The notes under the pieces are model-generated. The model searched no databases and was not told where the DNA came from. It worked only from the letters and a program-made list of their open reading frames with translations. The translations under genes and the position numbers were made by a program. Below are positions 46,310 to 60,260 of a DNA stretch of 64,000 nucleotides, in pieces. Each line of letters opens with the position of its first letter. Position 1 is the stretch's first letter. This DNA is from Alphaproteobacteria bacterium (lineage in GTDB: Bacteria > Pseudomonadota > Alphaproteobacteria > UBA828): NCBI GenBank assembly GCA_965262755.1, contig OZ253557.1:3296971-3360970 (forward strand), in the 5' to 3' direction.

Positions 46310-46310
46310 G

Positions 46311-47840
46311 ATGGATATCGGCGCCGCCGAAATTTCGGCAATCCTGAAGGAACAGATCGCCAATTTCGGCTCAGAGGCAGATGTGGCCGAGGTCGGCCAG
46401 GTGCTCTCGGTCGGCGACGGCGTGGCCCGGGTCTACGGGCTCGACAATGTCCAGGCCGGCGAGATGGTCGAATTCCCCGGCGGAATCAGGGGGATGGCGC
46501 TGAATCTTGAGACCGACAATGTCGGTATCGTGATCTTCGGCGAAGACCGGTACATCAAGGAAGGCGACGTCGTCAAGCGGACCGGCACCATCGTCGATGT
46601 GCCGGTGGGCAAGGGGCTCTTGGGCCGCGTCGTCGATCCGCTCGGCAACCCGCTCGACGGCAAGGGCCCGATCGAAAGCACGGAGCGCCGCCGCGTCGAG
46701 GTCAAGGCCCCCAGCATCATCCCGCGCCAGTCGGTGCACGAGCCGGTCCAGACCGGCCTCAAGGCCCTCGACGCCCTGGTGCCGATCGGGCGCGGCCAGC
46801 GGGAGCTGATCATCGGCGACCGCCAGACCGGCAAGACTGCGATCGCGATCGATACCATCATCAACCAGAAGGGCGTGAACGCCGGCGACGACGAATCGCG
46901 CAAGCTCTACTGCATCTATGTCGCCATCGGGCAGAAGCGCTCGACCGTGGCGCAGATCGTCAAAACCCTCGAAGAGAACGGCGCGCTCGACTATTCAATC
47001 GTGGTCTCGGCGTCCGCGTCGGAACCCGCGCCGCTGCAGTTCCTGGCCCCCTATGCCGGCTGCACCATGGGCGAGTTCTTCCGCGACAACGGCATGCACG
47101 CGGTGATCTTCTACGACGATCTCTCGAAGCAGGCCGTCGCCTACCGCCAGATGTCGTTGCTGCTCCGCCGCCCGCCGGGGCGCGAGGCTTATCCGGGCGA
47201 CGTGTTCTATCTCCATTCGCGCCTGCTCGAGCGCGCGGCCAAGATGAACGCGGACAACGGTTCCGGCTCGCTCACCGCCATGCCGGTGATCGAGACCCAG
47301 GCGAGCGACGTCTCGGCCTACATCCCGACCAACGTCATCTCGATCACGGACGGGCAGATCTTCCTCGAGACCGAGCTCTTCTATCAGGGCATTCGGCCTG
47401 CGATTAACGTCGGCCTTTCGGTGAGCCGGGTGGGCTCGGCCGCCCAGGTGAAGGCGATGCGGCAAGTCGCCGGCCGGATTAAGCTGGAGCTCGCCCAGTA
47501 TCGCGAGATGGCGGCCTTCGCTCAGTTCGGTTCCGACCTCGACGCGGCGACGCAGCGGCTTCTCAACCGGGGCGCGCGGCTGACCGAGTTGCTCAAGCAG
47601 GATCAGTTCTCGCCGATGGCTGTGGAAGAGCAGGTGGTTTCGATCTTCTCCGGCGTGCGCGGCTATCTCGACCGCATCGACTTGAACGATGTGAACCGCT
47701 TCGAACGCGAGTTCCTGAGCGACATGCGGGCCAACCACGGGGCCCTGCTGGAGGAGATCCGCACCTCCCGGGAGATGAGCGCAGACAGCGACAAGGCGCT
47801 CACCGCGATCCTCGACGAGTTTGCAAAGAAGTTCGCCTAA
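46311..47840 (+). CDS. atpA: F1 ATP synthase alpha subunit
   Basis: 509 aa with Walker [10 protein letters not shown]. Confidence 0.95.
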   Translation: MDIGAAEISAILKEQIANFGSEADVAEVGQVLSVGDGVARVYGLDNVQAGEMVEFPGGIRGMALNLETDNVGIVIFGEDRYIKEGDVVKRTGTIVDVPVGKGLLGRVVDPLGNPLDGKGPIESTERRRVEVKAPSIIPRQSVHEPVQTGLKALDALVPIGRGQRELIIGDRQTGKTAIAIDTIINQKGVNAGDDESRKLYCIYVAIGQKRSTVAQIVKTLEENGALDYSIVVSASASEPAPLQFLAPYAGCTMGEFFRDNGMHAVIFYDDLSKQAVAYRQMSLLLRRPPGREAYPGDVFYLHSRLLERAAKMNADNGSGSLTAMPVIETQASDVSAYIPTNVISITDGQIFLETELFYQGIRPAINVGLSVSRVGSAAQVKAMRQVAGRIKLELAQYREMAAFAQFGSDLDAATQRLLNRGARLTELLKQDQFSPMAVEEQVVSIFSGVRGYLDRIDLNDVNRFEREFLSDMRANHGALLEEIRTSREMSADSDKALTAILDEFAKKFA

Positions 47841-47874
47841 CTAGCGGCGGCAAAGGAAGAAATAGGCCTCCGAA

Positions 47875-50227
<2,353 letters not shown>

Positions 50228-50246
50228 GGAGGCCTGAGGAACGGCC

Positions 50247-50648
50247 ATGGCCGACACCCTGCAGTTCGAGCTTGTGGCGCCGGAGCGGCTGATCTTCTCC
50301 GGCGACGTCGAGATGGTGGTGGTTCCGGGCGCCGAAGGCGATTTCGGCGTGCTGCCGGGCCATTCGCTCCTGCTTTCCACCCTGCGACCCGGGGTGATCG
50401 AGACCTACGAGAACGAGAAGCCGAAGGACCGTTATGTGGTCGCCGAAGGCTTCGCCGAGGTGACGGGAGAGCGCTGCACGGTACTCTCCACCGAGGCGTT
50501 CGAGGCAGGCGCCATCGACCGCGCTCAGGCGGAGGCGCGGCTCGGGCAGGCGCAGCTGGGCTTGCGCGACGCGGAGGGCGACGAGGAGCGAGCGAAGTGC
50601 GAGCGGGAGGTCGAATTCGCCGAGCTTCTGGCTGCCAACGCGGCCTGA
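50247..50648 (+). CDS. atpC: F1 ATP synthase epsilon subunit
   Basis: 133 aa. It is the last gene of the atpHAGDC order. A GGCGG-TCTAAC-CCGCC hairpin follows the stop. Confidence 0.9.
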   Translation: MADTLQFELVAPERLIFSGDVEMVVVPGAEGDFGVLPGHSLLLSTLRPGVIETYENEKPKDRYVVAEGFAEVTGERCTVLSTEAFEAGAIDRAQAEARLGQAQLGLRDAEGDEERAKCEREVEFAELLAANAA

Positions 50649-50753
50649 GGCGGTCTAACCCGCCGCTCATCCAGCGTCCGCATTCGCGCGTTGTCCCGAC
50701 CGCCCACGTTACTATACTGATCCGTCGAATTGTCGCTGAGCGGGGAGCGGAGC

Positions 50754-51617
50754 ATGGGCACCTGGACCCTTGACGACATCCCGTGGGAGCAGTTCGACCG
50801 GTCCAAACTGGACCCGGAGATGGTCAAGATCGCCAAGGCGGCGTGCGTGGTCGAGCACCACAGCGCCGACTACGGCAAGTATCTCTGCAGTGTCTTTCAT
50901 GACGATCCCGGCTTCTGCGCCGACGCGCTCGCGTGGGCGGAAGAAGAGATCCAGCACGGCGTCGCCCTCAGGCGCTACGCCGAGCTTGCGGACCCGTCGT
51001 TCGACTTCGATGCGACCTTCGCACGCTTCGTCGCCGGCCACCCCATCGACGTGGAGGCGAGCGATTCGATCCGCGGCTCCCGCTGCGGCGAGATGGTGGC
51101 GCGCTGCATTGTCGAGGCCGGCACGTCTACCTATTACAGCGCGCTGCGCGACGCAGCCGAGGAGCCCGTGTTCAAGGCGATCTGCAAGCGGATCGGGGGC
51201 GACGAGTTCCGCCACTACAAGCTGTTCTACACCACGATGAAGCGCTACCGGGACATCGAGGGCGTCGGCCGACTCAGCCGGGCTAGGGTGGCGCTCGGGC
51301 GAATGTTCGAGTCGAGCGACGACGAGCTTCCGTACGCCTATCATTGCGGCGCCGGCGAGCCCGATCCCTACGTTCGCCGCCGCGCGGCCCTCGCCTATGC
51401 GTCGCGTACGTTTCCGGTCTACCGGCGCGATCACGTGCAGCGTGGGGCGGGCATGATGCTCAAGGCGACCGGCATCAAGCCGCAGTCGCGGTTGGGCAGG
51501 ATCGTCACCGCGCTGGCGTGGCTTGCGCTCAGGCTCTATGTCCGGCGTCTGGAGCGGTTCAGGGCGAGAGAAACGGGCGAAACTCGGCAATCACCGCTTC
51601 GTAGAGCGCCCGCTTGA
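50754..51617 (+). CDS. ferritin-like di-iron carboxylate protein (desaturase-like superfamily), function unknown
   Basis: Has two ExxH-type motifs (EEEIQHG and GDEFRHY). Its 3' end overlaps rppH convergently by 59 nt. The start is chosen at the ATG with an RBS. Confidence 0.5.
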   Translation: MGTWTLDDIPWEQFDRSKLDPEMVKIAKAACVVEHHSADYGKYLCSVFHDDPGFCADALAWAEEEIQHGVALRRYAELADPSFDFDATFARFVAGHPIDVEASDSIRGSRCGEMVARCIVEAGTSTYYSALRDAAEEPVFKAICKRIGGDEFRHYKLFYTTMKRYRDIEGVGRLSRARVALGRMFESSDDELPYAYHCGAGEPDPYVRRRAALAYASRTFPVYRRDHVQRGAGMMLKATGIKPQSRLGRIVTALAWLALRLYVRRLERFRARETGETRQSPLRRAPA

Positions 51618-52041
51618 ACGGAACCACGTCTTGCGTGAGCTGGTCGAGGGGCGACCAGCGCCAGTCGTTGAATTCGGGGTGCGCCGTCCCGATGTCGATG
51701 TCGGCATCGGTCCCGAGGAAGCGCGCGGCGAACCACTTCTGCTCCTGTCCCCGATAGCGCCCCCGCCAGACCCGCCTTACCATGTTGGGCGGTAGATCGT
51801 AGCGCAGCCACTCCCGCGTCTCCGCCAGCAGCTCCACCCGATCGGGTGCGACTCCGGTCTCTTCCTCAAGCTCCCTGAGCGCCGCATCGCGGGGACTTTC
51901 GCCCCGGTCGATCCCGCCCTGCGGCATTTGCCAGGCTTCCTGCACCATGTCGATGCGCCTGCCGACGAAGACCTGCCGCTGCCCGTTGAACAACAGTACG
52001 CCGACGCAGGGCCGGTAGGGAAGCGCCTCTCGGCTTGTCAT
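51559..52041 (-). CDS. rppH: RNA pyrophosphohydrolase (Nudix)
   Basis: 160 aa with the Nudix box [23 protein letters not shown]. Confidence 0.85.
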   Translation of the reverse strand: MTSREALPYRPCVGVLLFNGQRQVFVGRRIDMVQEAWQMPQGGIDRGESPRDAALRELEEETGVAPDRVELLAETREWLRYDLPPNMVRRVWRGRYRGQEQKWFAARFLGTDADIDIGTAHPEFNDWRWSPLDQLTQDVVPFKRALYEAVIAEFRPFLSP

Positions 52042-52086
52042 GTCAGCAGTCGGGCTGGCTGACAGCGTTGACCAGCTTGTGTGAGT

Positions 52087-53379
52087 TCAGTTGACGGCCG
52101 ATACGCCCGAGAGAATGCGGGCGCCGCGCAGTTGCTCGATTGCGCGGGCCAGCTGATAGTCGCCCTTCGTCGGATCGTCCTCGGCTTCCTCCAGGGCTTC
52201 CTCCGCCGCCGGGTCCTCGTCGGTGATCCCGTCGTTATCGAGGTGCCCCCTCAGATCCTCCTCCCGGCGCTCGGGCATCGCTTCCGGCTCAGGCTCGGGC
52301 CGGATCTGCTCCACGACGATATCCGGGTCGATCCCCTGCGCCTGGATCGAGCGGCCGGACGGCGTGTAGTAGTGCGCCGTGGTCAGACGCAGCGCGCCCC
52401 GCCCGCTAAGGGGAATCACCGTCTGAACCGAGCCCTTGCCGAACGAGCGTGTGCCGAGAATGAGCGCCCGCCGGTGATCCTGCAGCGCGCCCGCCACGAT
52501 TTCCGAGGCCGATGCCGTCCCACCGTTGATCAGGACGACCAGCGGCAGGCCGTCGATAATGTCTCCTTCTTGCGCGTTGAAGCGAAGCGCGCTGGTGGGA
52601 TCGCGCCCGCGGGTCGATACGATTTCGCCCCGCTCCAGGAACGCGTCCGAGACTGCGATTGCCTGATCGAGCAGGCCGCCGGGATTGTTGCGCAGGTCGA
52701 GCACGGCGCCGACCACCCGATCGCCCTGCTCCTCCCACAGATCGCCCAGAACCGCGTCGAGATCGTCGGATGTGTGCTCGGAGAATGCGGAAATCCGCGC
52801 GACGATAATCTCGTCGTCCACCACCCGCGCACGCACCGAACGGATTTTGATGATGGCGCGGGTTATCGGGAAGTTGAGAGACTCTTCCACCCCGCTGCGG
52901 CGGACGGTGAGCGTGATCTCGGAGTTAACGGGGCCGCGCATCTTGTCGACCGCCTGCTGGAGGGTGAGCCCCAGCACCGGCTCGTCGTCGAGATGGGTCA
53001 CCAGGTCTCCCGGCTGGATGCCGGCGCGCTGCGCGGGCGTGTCGTCGATCGGCGTGATCACCTTGACGAGGCCGTCCTCCATCGTGACCTCGATACCGAG
53101 GCCGCCGAACTCGCCGCGCGCCTGAACCTGAACTTCCTTGTAGCTCTTGGGGTTGTGATACTTCGAATGCGGGTCGAGCGAGCCGATCATGCCCTCGATG
53201 GCGGCATCGATCAGCTCAGACGTGCTCACCTCCTCAACGTATTCGCTGCGGATTTCTTCGAGGATTTTGCCAAACAGATCGAGCTGGTCGTAAGCTTCCC
53301 TGTCCTCTTGGGCGAGCGCGAACGCCGGAAGGGTGATCGCCATCAAGCCGACGAGGCCGGCTACCAGTACTCTTCGCAT
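52087..53379 (-). CDS. ctpA: C-terminal processing peptidase (S41 family)
   Basis: The signal-like start MRRVLVAGLVGLMAITLPAFALA is at an internal ATG. Has a PDZ region (GIQPGD) and ING(G)TASASEI. Confidence 0.85.
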   Translation of the reverse strand: MRRVLVAGLVGLMAITLPAFALAQEDREAYDQLDLFGKILEEIRSEYVEEVSTSELIDAAIEGMIGSLDPHSKYHNPKSYKEVQVQARGEFGGLGIEVTMEDGLVKVITPIDDTPAQRAGIQPGDLVTHLDDEPVLGLTLQQAVDKMRGPVNSEITLTVRRSGVEESLNFPITRAIIKIRSVRARVVDDEIIVARISAFSEHTSDDLDAVLGDLWEEQGDRVVGAVLDLRNNPGGLLDQAIAVSDAFLERGEIVSTRGRDPTSALRFNAQEGDIIDGLPLVVLINGGTASASEIVAGALQDHRRALILGTRSFGKGSVQTVIPLSGRGALRLTTAHYYTPSGRSIQAQGIDPDIVVEQIRPEPEPEAMPERREEDLRGHLDNDGITDEDPAAEEALEEAEDDPTKGDYQLARAIEQLRGARILSGVSAVN

Positions 53380-53575
53380 TCTATCCCTCGACCGTAGCGC
53401 CGGTTGCCGAACATCGTGCCGACGCGTATTCGGGGTCCTCGTCGGGGCTGCCACCGCCGTCGCTGTTGGGCGAGCGTCGGGCAAGCTCCGTCCTCAGGGC
53501 CCGCTGTGCGAGGCCGGCCCATAATATCTCTCGCCATCGAACATGAGCAACACGCGCGTCGGCACACCGCCGCCG

Positions 53576-54103
53576 CTACTCGTCGATAGGGGCAGGGGAG
53601 AGCGGCTCGACGGCTTGCTTCTCCGCTACTGCCGTGAGCAGCGACGTGGCGCTAGCGCCGGTCACGGGATGCCGCCAACGGGGCGCCACCTCAATAAGAG
53701 GAGCCAGCACAAAGGCCCGCTCTGCGAGCCGCGGGTGAGGGAGGACGAGGGCCGGTCCGCTCCGGTCGCCGGCGTGCTGGACGATTTGACCGTCATAGTC
53801 CAGGAGGTCGAGATCGAGGGGGCGGGACGCGCCCGCGACACTGCGCCGGCGCCCGAAGTTCGCCTCGACTTCGAGGAGGCGCTCCATGAGCGGAATGGGA
53901 TCGAGCGTCGTTTCGACCCGGATTACACCGTTGACGAACCAGGGACCCGTGGCCGGCGGCATCGGCGCGCTCCGATACCAGCGCGATCGCGCCACCGTTC
54001 GGATACCGCACTCGGCCAGCGCAACGAGCGCCGCGTCCAGGCCCTCGGCCGGCGTGCCGTGGCGCGCGGTCGGGAGGTTCGCTCCCAGTGCAACCAGGAT
54101 CAT
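53576..54103 (-). CDS. folK: 2-amino-4-hydroxy-6-hydroxymethyldihydropteridine diphosphokinase
   Basis: 175 aa. Contains ILVALGANL, RPLDLDLL and PHPR. Confidence 0.85.
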   Translation of the reverse strand: MILVALGANLPTARHGTPAEGLDAALVALAECGIRTVARSRWYRSAPMPPATGPWFVNGVIRVETTLDPIPLMERLLEVEANFGRRRSVAGASRPLDLDLLDYDGQIVQHAGDRSGPALVLPHPRLAERAFVLAPLIEVAPRWRHPVTGASATSLLTAVAEKQAVEPLSPAPIDE

Positions 54104-54263
54104 CGTCGCGAACCACGTGCTTGCACTTGTCCCTCTCTCCGGGAATCCCTAGTTATGGCGTGTGTGCCACGCGGCCGCGACCGCGTGGGCGATTTAGCTG
54201 CTCGCCAACAGGCGACAGCGTGTTCACCGGCATTCTGCCTCACTAGACCAAGAAGGATAGACC

Positions 54264-54911
54264 TTGATGGAATTCAACCCGCAAGAGCGAATCGGCCTCT
54301 TCATCGACGGCTCGAACCTTTACGCCGCTGCCCGTTCGCTCGGTTTCGACATTGACTATAAGCGCCTGCGGGAGGAATTCGCAGGCAAGGCCCGGCTCAT
54401 CCGCGCTCTCTATTACACGGCGCTGGTCGAAGATCAGGAATATTCGCCGATCCGGCCGTTGGTCGATTGGCTCGACTACAACGGCTACACCTTGATCACC
54501 AAGCCGACCAAGGAGTTCACCGATTCCATGGGGCGTCGCAAGATCAAGGGCGATATGGATATCGAAATCGCGGTCGACATGTTGGAGTTGTCCGGCGCCC
54601 TCGACCATATCGTGCTGTTCTCGGGCGACGGCGACTTCCGCCGCGTAACCGAAGCCGTCCAGCGCAAGGGTGTGCTGGTAACGGTCGTCAGCACAATGCG
54701 TTCGCAGCCGCCGATGATCGCCGACGAGTTGCGCCGCCAGGCGGACAACTTCATCGAGCTTCAGGATATCGAACCCTTGATCGCGCGCGAGCCCAAGTGG
54801 CGGAACGAACGTGCCCGCAACCTGAGGGAGCCGATGGACGACGAGTACGAGGCGTTCGACGGCGACGGCGATGAGGACGACACGGCCGATGAGATCGCGC
54901 ACACGGTGTGA
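54264..54911 (+). CDS. NYN-domain (LabA/DUF88-like) protein with an acidic C-terminal tail
   Basis: Contains FIDGSNLY and LFSGDGDF. Confidence 0.75.
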   Translation: MMEFNPQERIGLFIDGSNLYAAARSLGFDIDYKRLREEFAGKARLIRALYYTALVEDQEYSPIRPLVDWLDYNGYTLITKPTKEFTDSMGRRKIKGDMDIEIAVDMLELSGALDHIVLFSGDGDFRRVTEAVQRKGVLVTVVSTMRSQPPMIADELRRQADNFIELQDIEPLIAREPKWRNERARNLREPMDDEYEAFDGDGDEDDTADEIAHTV

Positions 54912-55570
54912 GCATGCCGGTGCCGGTTCCGCCCGCGCCGGATCGGGACTGCGACCGATGTCCGCGGCTCGTCGCGTATCGTAAGGAACACCGCGCGGCC
55001 GAGCCGCATTGGCACAATGCGCCGGTACGGGGCTTCGGCGGCTTTGACTCCCGGCTGCTGATCGTCGGCCTCGCGCCCGGATTGCGCGGCGCCAACCGCA
55101 CCGGCCGACCGTTCACGGGCGATTTTGCCGGCGACCTGCTCTACGCCACCCTCGGCGCGTTCGGCTTCGCCCGCGGCACCTACGGCGCCACGACCGACGA
55201 CGGTCTCACGCTTCAGGACTGCCGCATTACCAATGCCGTCCGCTGCGTGCCGCCGAAAAATCAGCCCAAGGCTGCCGAGATTGCGGCATGTCGCGGGTTT
55301 CTCGAGGCCGAAATCGAGGCGATGAGCAGCTTTCGCGCCATTCTCGCGCTCGGCCTTGTTGCTCACGGCGCCGTGCTGAAGGCGCTGGGCTTGCGCGCCG
55401 GTGCTTGCCGCTTCGCCCACGGTGCGGTCCACCGCCTCGATGACGGGCGGCGGCTATTCGACAGCTACCACTGCTCGCGCCTCAACACGAACACGGGCCG
55501 TCTGACGCCTGCGATGTTTGCCGATGTGTTTGCCGCGATCCGGGCGTCGTTGGGCGAAGCGCGTACCTGA
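54908..55570 (+). CDS. uracil-DNA glycosylase superfamily protein (family 4/5 type)
   Basis: Contains CDRCPRL, GLAPGLRGANRTGRPFTGD and HCSRLNTNTGRLT. Confidence 0.8.
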   Translation: MSMPVPVPPAPDRDCDRCPRLVAYRKEHRAAEPHWHNAPVRGFGGFDSRLLIVGLAPGLRGANRTGRPFTGDFAGDLLYATLGAFGFARGTYGATTDDGLTLQDCRITNAVRCVPPKNQPKAAEIAACRGFLEAEIEAMSSFRAILALGLVAHGAVLKALGLRAGACRFAHGAVHRLDDGRRLFDSYHCSRLNTNTGRLTPAMFADVFAAIRASLGEART

Positions 55571-55583
55571 GGGCGATCGGGCA

Positions 55584-56057
55584 CTATCCCCGATCGCGAA
55601 TCAGACGCTCCTTCTGGCGTTTCCAGTCGCGTTCCTTCTCGGCGGCGCGCTTGTCGTACTTGCGTTTGCCGGAGGCCATCGCCAGCGCCAGCTTGGCGAT
55701 CCCGCGCGCGTTGAAATAGAGGGTGAGCGGCACCAGGGTCACGCCGCCACGATGAAGCGCTCCCAGCAGCTTGCGAATCTCGCGCTTGTGCAGGAGCAGC
55801 TTGCGGGGCCGCATCGGATCGTGATTGAAGGCCCCGGCGCCGTCGTATTGGGAAATGTGCGCGTTAATCAGATAGATCTCGCCGCCGCGTTCGACGGCGT
55901 AGGCGTCGTTGATATTGGCGCGGCCCGCCCTCAGCGACTTGACCTCGGTGCCGGTCAGTTGAATGCCGACCTCGAACGGGCGCTCGAGACGGTAGTCTCG
56001 GCGCGCCTTGCGATTCTGCGCAATGCGCTGGCCGCTGGGCGCGGCATTGCCGCTCAC
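55584..56057 (-). CDS. smpB: SsrA-binding protein
   Basis: Contains IAQNRKARRDY and GTEVKSLR. The GTG start was chosen to avoid overlap with dapA; the longest ORF runs to 56153. Confidence 0.85.
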   Translation of the reverse strand: MSGNAAPSGQRIAQNRKARRDYRLERPFEVGIQLTGTEVKSLRAGRANINDAYAVERGGEIYLINAHISQYDGAGAFNHDPMRPRKLLLHKREIRKLLGALHRGGVTLVPLTLYFNARGIAKLALAMASGKRKYDKRAAEKERDWKRQKERLIRDRG

Positions 56058-56097
56058 GGCGCGGACCTGGCCTTGAGATGTTGCCCGAGAGCTGCGC

Positions 56098-56973
56098 TCA
56101 GTTGAGGACGCCGACCTGGCGCATTGCCGCTTCGATCCGCTCGCGATTGGCAACGCTCGGGGAGGTCAGCGGAAGCCTCAACTCCGGCTCGCACTTGCCG
56201 AGGAGCGACGCGGCATACTTGACAGGGATCGGGTTGCTCTCGACGAACAGCGTGTCGTGGAGCGGCATGAGCTGGGTATGCCGATCCAACGCCTCGTCGG
56301 CATCGCCGCGCTCCCACGCGGCGAAGAAACCCGCGCACTGGCGCGGTGCCACGTTCGCGGTCACCGAGATGCAGCCGTCGCCGCCCTGCGCGAGGAAGCC
56401 CAGAATCGTGCCGTCTTCGCCCGAAAGTTGGCAGAATTCTTCGCCGATGGCAGCCCTGGTGCGGGTGGGCCGTCCCAGGTCGGCGGTCGCGTCCTTGACG
56501 CCCACGACGTTGGGGAGCTCGGCGAGGCGCGCCATCGTCTCGACCGACATGTCCACCACGCTCCGCCCGGGGATGTTGTAAATGATCTGCGGAATGTCCA
56601 CGGCGTCGTTGATGGCCTTGTAGTGGGCGTACATGCCCTCTTGCGTTGGCTTGTTGTAATAGGGCATGACCAGCAGCGCGCCGTCTGCGCCGGCGTCCTT
56701 GGCGTGGCGGGTGAGGCTGATCGCTTCCTTGGTCGAGTTCGAGCCCGTCCCGGCCACGACCGGAACCCGCCCTGCCGCGACCTCGATGCAGATCTCGGTC
56801 ACACGGCGGTGCTCGTCGTGGCTGAGGGTCGGCGATTCACCCGTGGTTCCGCAGGGCACCAGCCCGGCGGCACCCTCATCGATTTGCCAGGCGACGAAAT
56901 CACGGTACGCGTCTTCATCCACCTCGCCATTGCGGAACGGCGTGATCAGGGCCGTCAGGTATCCCTCGAACAT
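56098..56973 (-). CDS. dapA: 4-hydroxy-tetrahydrodipicolinate synthase
   Basis: 291 aa from the ATG at 56973. Contains [14 protein letters not shown] and GVKDA. The rest of ORF 56098..58611 is an antisense shadow. Confidence 0.9.
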   Translation of the reverse strand: MFEGYLTALITPFRNGEVDEDAYRDFVAWQIDEGAAGLVPCGTTGESPTLSHDEHRRVTEICIEVAAGRVPVVAGTGSNSTKEAISLTRHAKDAGADGALLVMPYYNKPTQEGMYAHYKAINDAVDIPQIIYNIPGRSVVDMSVETMARLAELPNVVGVKDATADLGRPTRTRAAIGEEFCQLSGEDGTILGFLAQGGDGCISVTANVAPRQCAGFFAAWERGDADEALDRHTQLMPLHDTLFVESNPIPVKYAASLLGKCEPELRLPLTSPSVANRERIEAAMRQVGVLN

Positions 56974-57027
56974 GCCACGCTCCCATGATGTCCGTTGCCG
57001 TTCGGGCGAGAATAGGTTGAGAGCATA

Positions 57028-59250
57028 ATGGGAACAAGGCCGCGTCGGGAACCCACCTTTCTCAGCTGCGCATCGGCGGTGCGGTGGGCGCGGCGAATGC
57101 TTCTCGTGGCGGCCGTGGTGCTTGTTCCGGCGGTCTCCGGCGCGCCTGCACGAGCGGCGACGGATACGCCGATGCCGTCCCCCGTGGCGCGCGCCGATAT
57201 CGCCCTCTATACAGACGCATTCAGGGCGGCGGTGCGCGGCAACTGGCGCCATGCCCATCGGCTCGTCCGGAGGGCCAGCGACCCGCTCGGCGCCACGATC
57301 CTTCGCTGGCGGGACTATAGCCGCCCCGGCAGCACGGCCTCGTTTGCCGAGATCGCGCGGTTCATGGACGAGCATCCGGATTGGCCGGACCAGAGACTGC
57401 TCCAGATCAATGCCGAAGAGGCGATGGCAAGGGGCGTCGCCGATGCAGATGTGATCGCCTGGTATCACTGGCGCGATCCCATCAGCAGCTACGGTCGCCT
57501 GCGCTACGCCGATGCCTTGCTCGCCAGGGGCGAGGAGGAACGCGCAGCAACCCTGGCTCGCACGGCATGGGTGGAGGGGTCGTTCACTTCGCGGGAGCTT
57601 CGCGAGACCCATCGCCGTTATCGCTCGATGCTGCGGCCCGAAGATCACGTCGCCCGTCTGGATCGCCTCGTGTGGGCCAATCATGCTCGCGCGGCGCGGC
57701 GCATGTACCGCTATGTCGACGAGGGACATCAGCGGCTGGCGGAGGCGCGGCTCATGCTCCGCGCGCGCCAGGGCGGCGTGGATCGGGCGATCGAGCGGGT
57801 GCCGGCGGAGCTTCGCGATCATCCGGGGCTTGTCTACGAGCGGTTGCGCTGGCGGCGCGCGAAGGGCCGCGACGACGACGCCCGCGCGCTCTTGCGAACG
57901 CGGCCGCGGGATCTCGGCCCGCAGCCCAAGCTCTGGTGGCGGGAGCGCGCCATCCTGGTGCGCCGCGCCCTCGAAGACGGGCTGACCGAGCGGGCCTATG
58001 CGCTCGCCGCCGGTCACAGTCAGACTGCGGCCTCGACCTACTCGGAGGCGGAGTGGCTCGCCGGTTGGATCGCGCTTCGCTTCCTCGACGACGCGCGCGC
58101 CGCGCTTCCTCATTTCGTGCAAATGCACGGCGCGGTGACGATGCCGATAAGCCGGGCGCGGGCCGCCTATTGGGCGGGCCGGGCAGCCGAGGCGTTCGAC
58201 GATTTGGATAGCGCGGCGCTCTGGTACGAGAAGGCGGCGATCTATCCGGCCACCTTTTACGGCCAGCTCGCCATCGCCCGAATCGCGGCGCGGGATGCAC
58301 CGTTGATCCGCGCCGCGCCCCACACCGCGGCCGGCGCGACGCTCGACGGCCATCCTCTGGTCGCTGCCGTACAATTCCTGACGTTCCTCGGCCGCGACTA
58401 TCTCGCCGAGCCCTTCTACGACCGCATGAGCGCGCTGGCGCGCAACGAGGCGGACCACGCCTTGATCTCGGCGCTCGCGCTCTCCGTCGACCAGCCCGAT
58501 CAGTCCATCCGGGCCGCCCAGCACGCCGCGCGCGACGGGTACGTCTTGATCGACCGGCTGTTCCCGCTGGTCGACGTGCCGTTTGCGAGAGACGACGACG
58601 ACCTCGAACATGCGTTAGTGCTCGCGCTGATCCGCCAGGAGAGCCGCTTCGACCGGCGGGCGCAGAGCAGTTCCGGCGCGCTCGGTCTGATGCAGCTCAT
58701 GCCGCGGACTGCGCGGAGCGTCGCCCGCCGCATGGGCCTGAGCGAGTCAAGCAAGCGGCTCACGTCCAACGCCGCCCACAACATCGCCCTCGGCAGCCGC
58801 TATCTGGACGACCTGATCGAGCGCTATGACGGTTCGTACCTGCTGGCCATCGCCGCCTATAATGGCGGGCCGCGAAACGTCGCCCGCTGGATCGCGGCCA
58901 ACGGCGACCCCCGGCGCGACCCGGACGTGGACATTATCGATTGGATCGAAATGATCCCGATCCCGGAGACTCGAAACTATGTTCAGCGGGTTCTCGAAGG
59001 AACCCAGGCCTACCGCTGGCAGCTCGGCCGGCGGCCGACGGCGTCCAGCCTCGAAAGCGATCTCGCGCGCGGCATGTCTCAGCGCACCGTGGCGGTCTAT
59101 TGCGGGGCAGGCGATGACGCCGCACGGCGGGACCACGTTGGCTTGCCTGGGTTGTGTCAGCACTCGCGGGGGGACGGTGTCGTTCCCGCCGGCCGACCCC
59201 GTCGCAGCGAGACCCGCCGCGCAGGGTGGCGGCGCCGGCGGCAGCCATGA
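57028..59250 (+). CDS. slt: soluble lytic murein transglycosylase (Slt70-like)
   Basis: 740 aa with a superhelical N-terminal part. Contains the catalytic ESRF, GLMQLMP and AYNGGP motifs. Confidence 0.8.
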   Translation: MGTRPRREPTFLSCASAVRWARRMLLVAAVVLVPAVSGAPARAATDTPMPSPVARADIALYTDAFRAAVRGNWRHAHRLVRRASDPLGATILRWRDYSRPGSTASFAEIARFMDEHPDWPDQRLLQINAEEAMARGVADADVIAWYHWRDPISSYGRLRYADALLARGEEERAATLARTAWVEGSFTSRELRETHRRYRSMLRPEDHVARLDRLVWANHARAARRMYRYVDEGHQRLAEARLMLRARQGGVDRAIERVPAELRDHPGLVYERLRWRRAKGRDDDARALLRTRPRDLGPQPKLWWRERAILVRRALEDGLTERAYALAAGHSQTAASTYSEAEWLAGWIALRFLDDARAALPHFVQMHGAVTMPISRARAAYWAGRAAEAFDDLDSAALWYEKAAIYPATFYGQLAIARIAARDAPLIRAAPHTAAGATLDGHPLVAAVQFLTFLGRDYLAEPFYDRMSALARNEADHALISALALSVDQPDQSIRAAQHAARDGYVLIDRLFPLVDVPFARDDDDLEHALVLALIRQESRFDRRAQSSSGALGLMQLMPRTARSVARRMGLSESSKRLTSNAAHNIALGSRYLDDLIERYDGSYLLAIAAYNGGPRNVARWIAANGDPRRDPDVDIIDWIEMIPIPETRNYVQRVLEGTQAYRWQLGRRPTASSLESDLARGMSQRTVAVYCGAGDDAARRDHVGLPGLCQHSRGDGVVPAGRPRRSETRRAGWRRRRQP

Positions 59251-60260
59251 GCGACAGGCAGAACCCGCTGCCCACACCGGCCGATGTGTACGCGGCTGCG
59301 GAGCGCCTCGCCGGTCACGCGGTGGAGACGCCTTTGCTGCGGGCCGACGCACTCGATGAGCAGATCGGCGGGCGCCTGTTGCTCAAGGCGGAGCCCCTCC
59401 AGCGCACCGGCTCGTTCAAGTTTCGGGGCGCCTGCAACCGGCTGTTACAGCTCGATCCGGGCGCCAAAACCGGCGGCGTGGTGGCCTACTCCTCCGGCAA
59501 CCATGCTCAGGCCATCGCGGCTGCGGCCAAGCTCGTCGGCGTGCCCGCCGTCATCGTCATGCCGAGGGACGCGCCGGCGGTGAAGATTGCGGGCACCCGC
59601 CGCCACGGGGCGGAGGTCGTGCTTTACGACCGCGCCAGCGAGGCACGCGAGGCGCTCGGCCAGCGCATCGCGGCGGAGCGTGGTGCGACGCTGGTCAAGC
59701 CCTATGACGATTTCCACGTCATCGCGGGGCAGGGGACGGTGGGGCACGAAATCGTCAGGCAGTGCAGCGCTCGTGGCTGCCGGCCCGATGCCGTGGTCGT
59801 GCCCGCCGGCGGCGGTGGGCTGATGGCCGGCACGTCGCTCGCCATCGCCGACGCTTGGCCGGAGACCCACCTTCACACGGCCGAACCGCAGGGCTACGAC
59901 GACCACGCCATGTCGTTGGAACGAGGCTCCCGGGTCGGCCTGCCCGGCCCCGGACCCGAGAGCATCTGCGACGCACTCTTCGCACCGATGCCCGGCGCAC
60001 TCACTTTTCCGATCAATGTGGAGCGGGTGCAGAGCGGTGTCGTCGCAAGCGACGACGAGGTCCGCGCGGCCATGCGAGCGGCGTTCCTGCATCTCAAACT
60101 CGTGGTCGAGCCGGGGGGCGCGGTGGCACTTGCCGCGGTGCTTGCCGGCAAGATCGCCACTGCCGGGCGCACCGTGGTCGCCGTGCTCTCGGGCGGCAAC
60201 GTCGATCCCGGCATCTTCCGTGAAGTCCTGAGCTGGGGCGATGATCCTGTCGCCGCCTAG
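59247..60260 (+). CDS. PLP-dependent threonine/serine dehydratase (fold type II)
   Basis: ATGA overlap with the slt stop. Contains SFKFRGA (PLP lysine) and SSGNHAQ. Confidence 0.75.
   Translation: MSDRQNPLPTPADVYAAAERLAGHAVETPLLRADALDEQIGGRLLLKAEPLQRTGSFKFRGACNRLLQLDPGAKTGGVVAYSSGNHAQAIAAAAKLVGVPAVIVMPRDAPAVKIAGTRRHGAEVVLYDRASEAREALGQRIAAERGATLVKPYDDFHVIAGQGTVGHEIVRQCSARGCRPDAVVVPAGGGGLMAGTSLAIADAWPETHLHTAEPQGYDDHAMSLERGSRVGLPGPGPESICDALFAPMPGALTFPINVERVQSGVVASDDEVRAAMRAAFLHLKLVVEPGGAVALAAVLAGKIATAGRTVVAVLSGGNVDPGIFREVLSWGDDPVAA

Noticed and set aside
45479-46363. The upstream part of ORF 44525..46363 on the minus strand.
   Set aside because: It is antisense to atpH and the intergenic region. 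The peroxiredoxin-like protein begins at the ATG at 45478.
56974-58611. The long upstream part of ORF 56098..58611 (837 aa).
   Set aside because: Only the last 291 codons (from the ATG at 56973) are dapA. The remainder is antisense to slt and has no coding signature.
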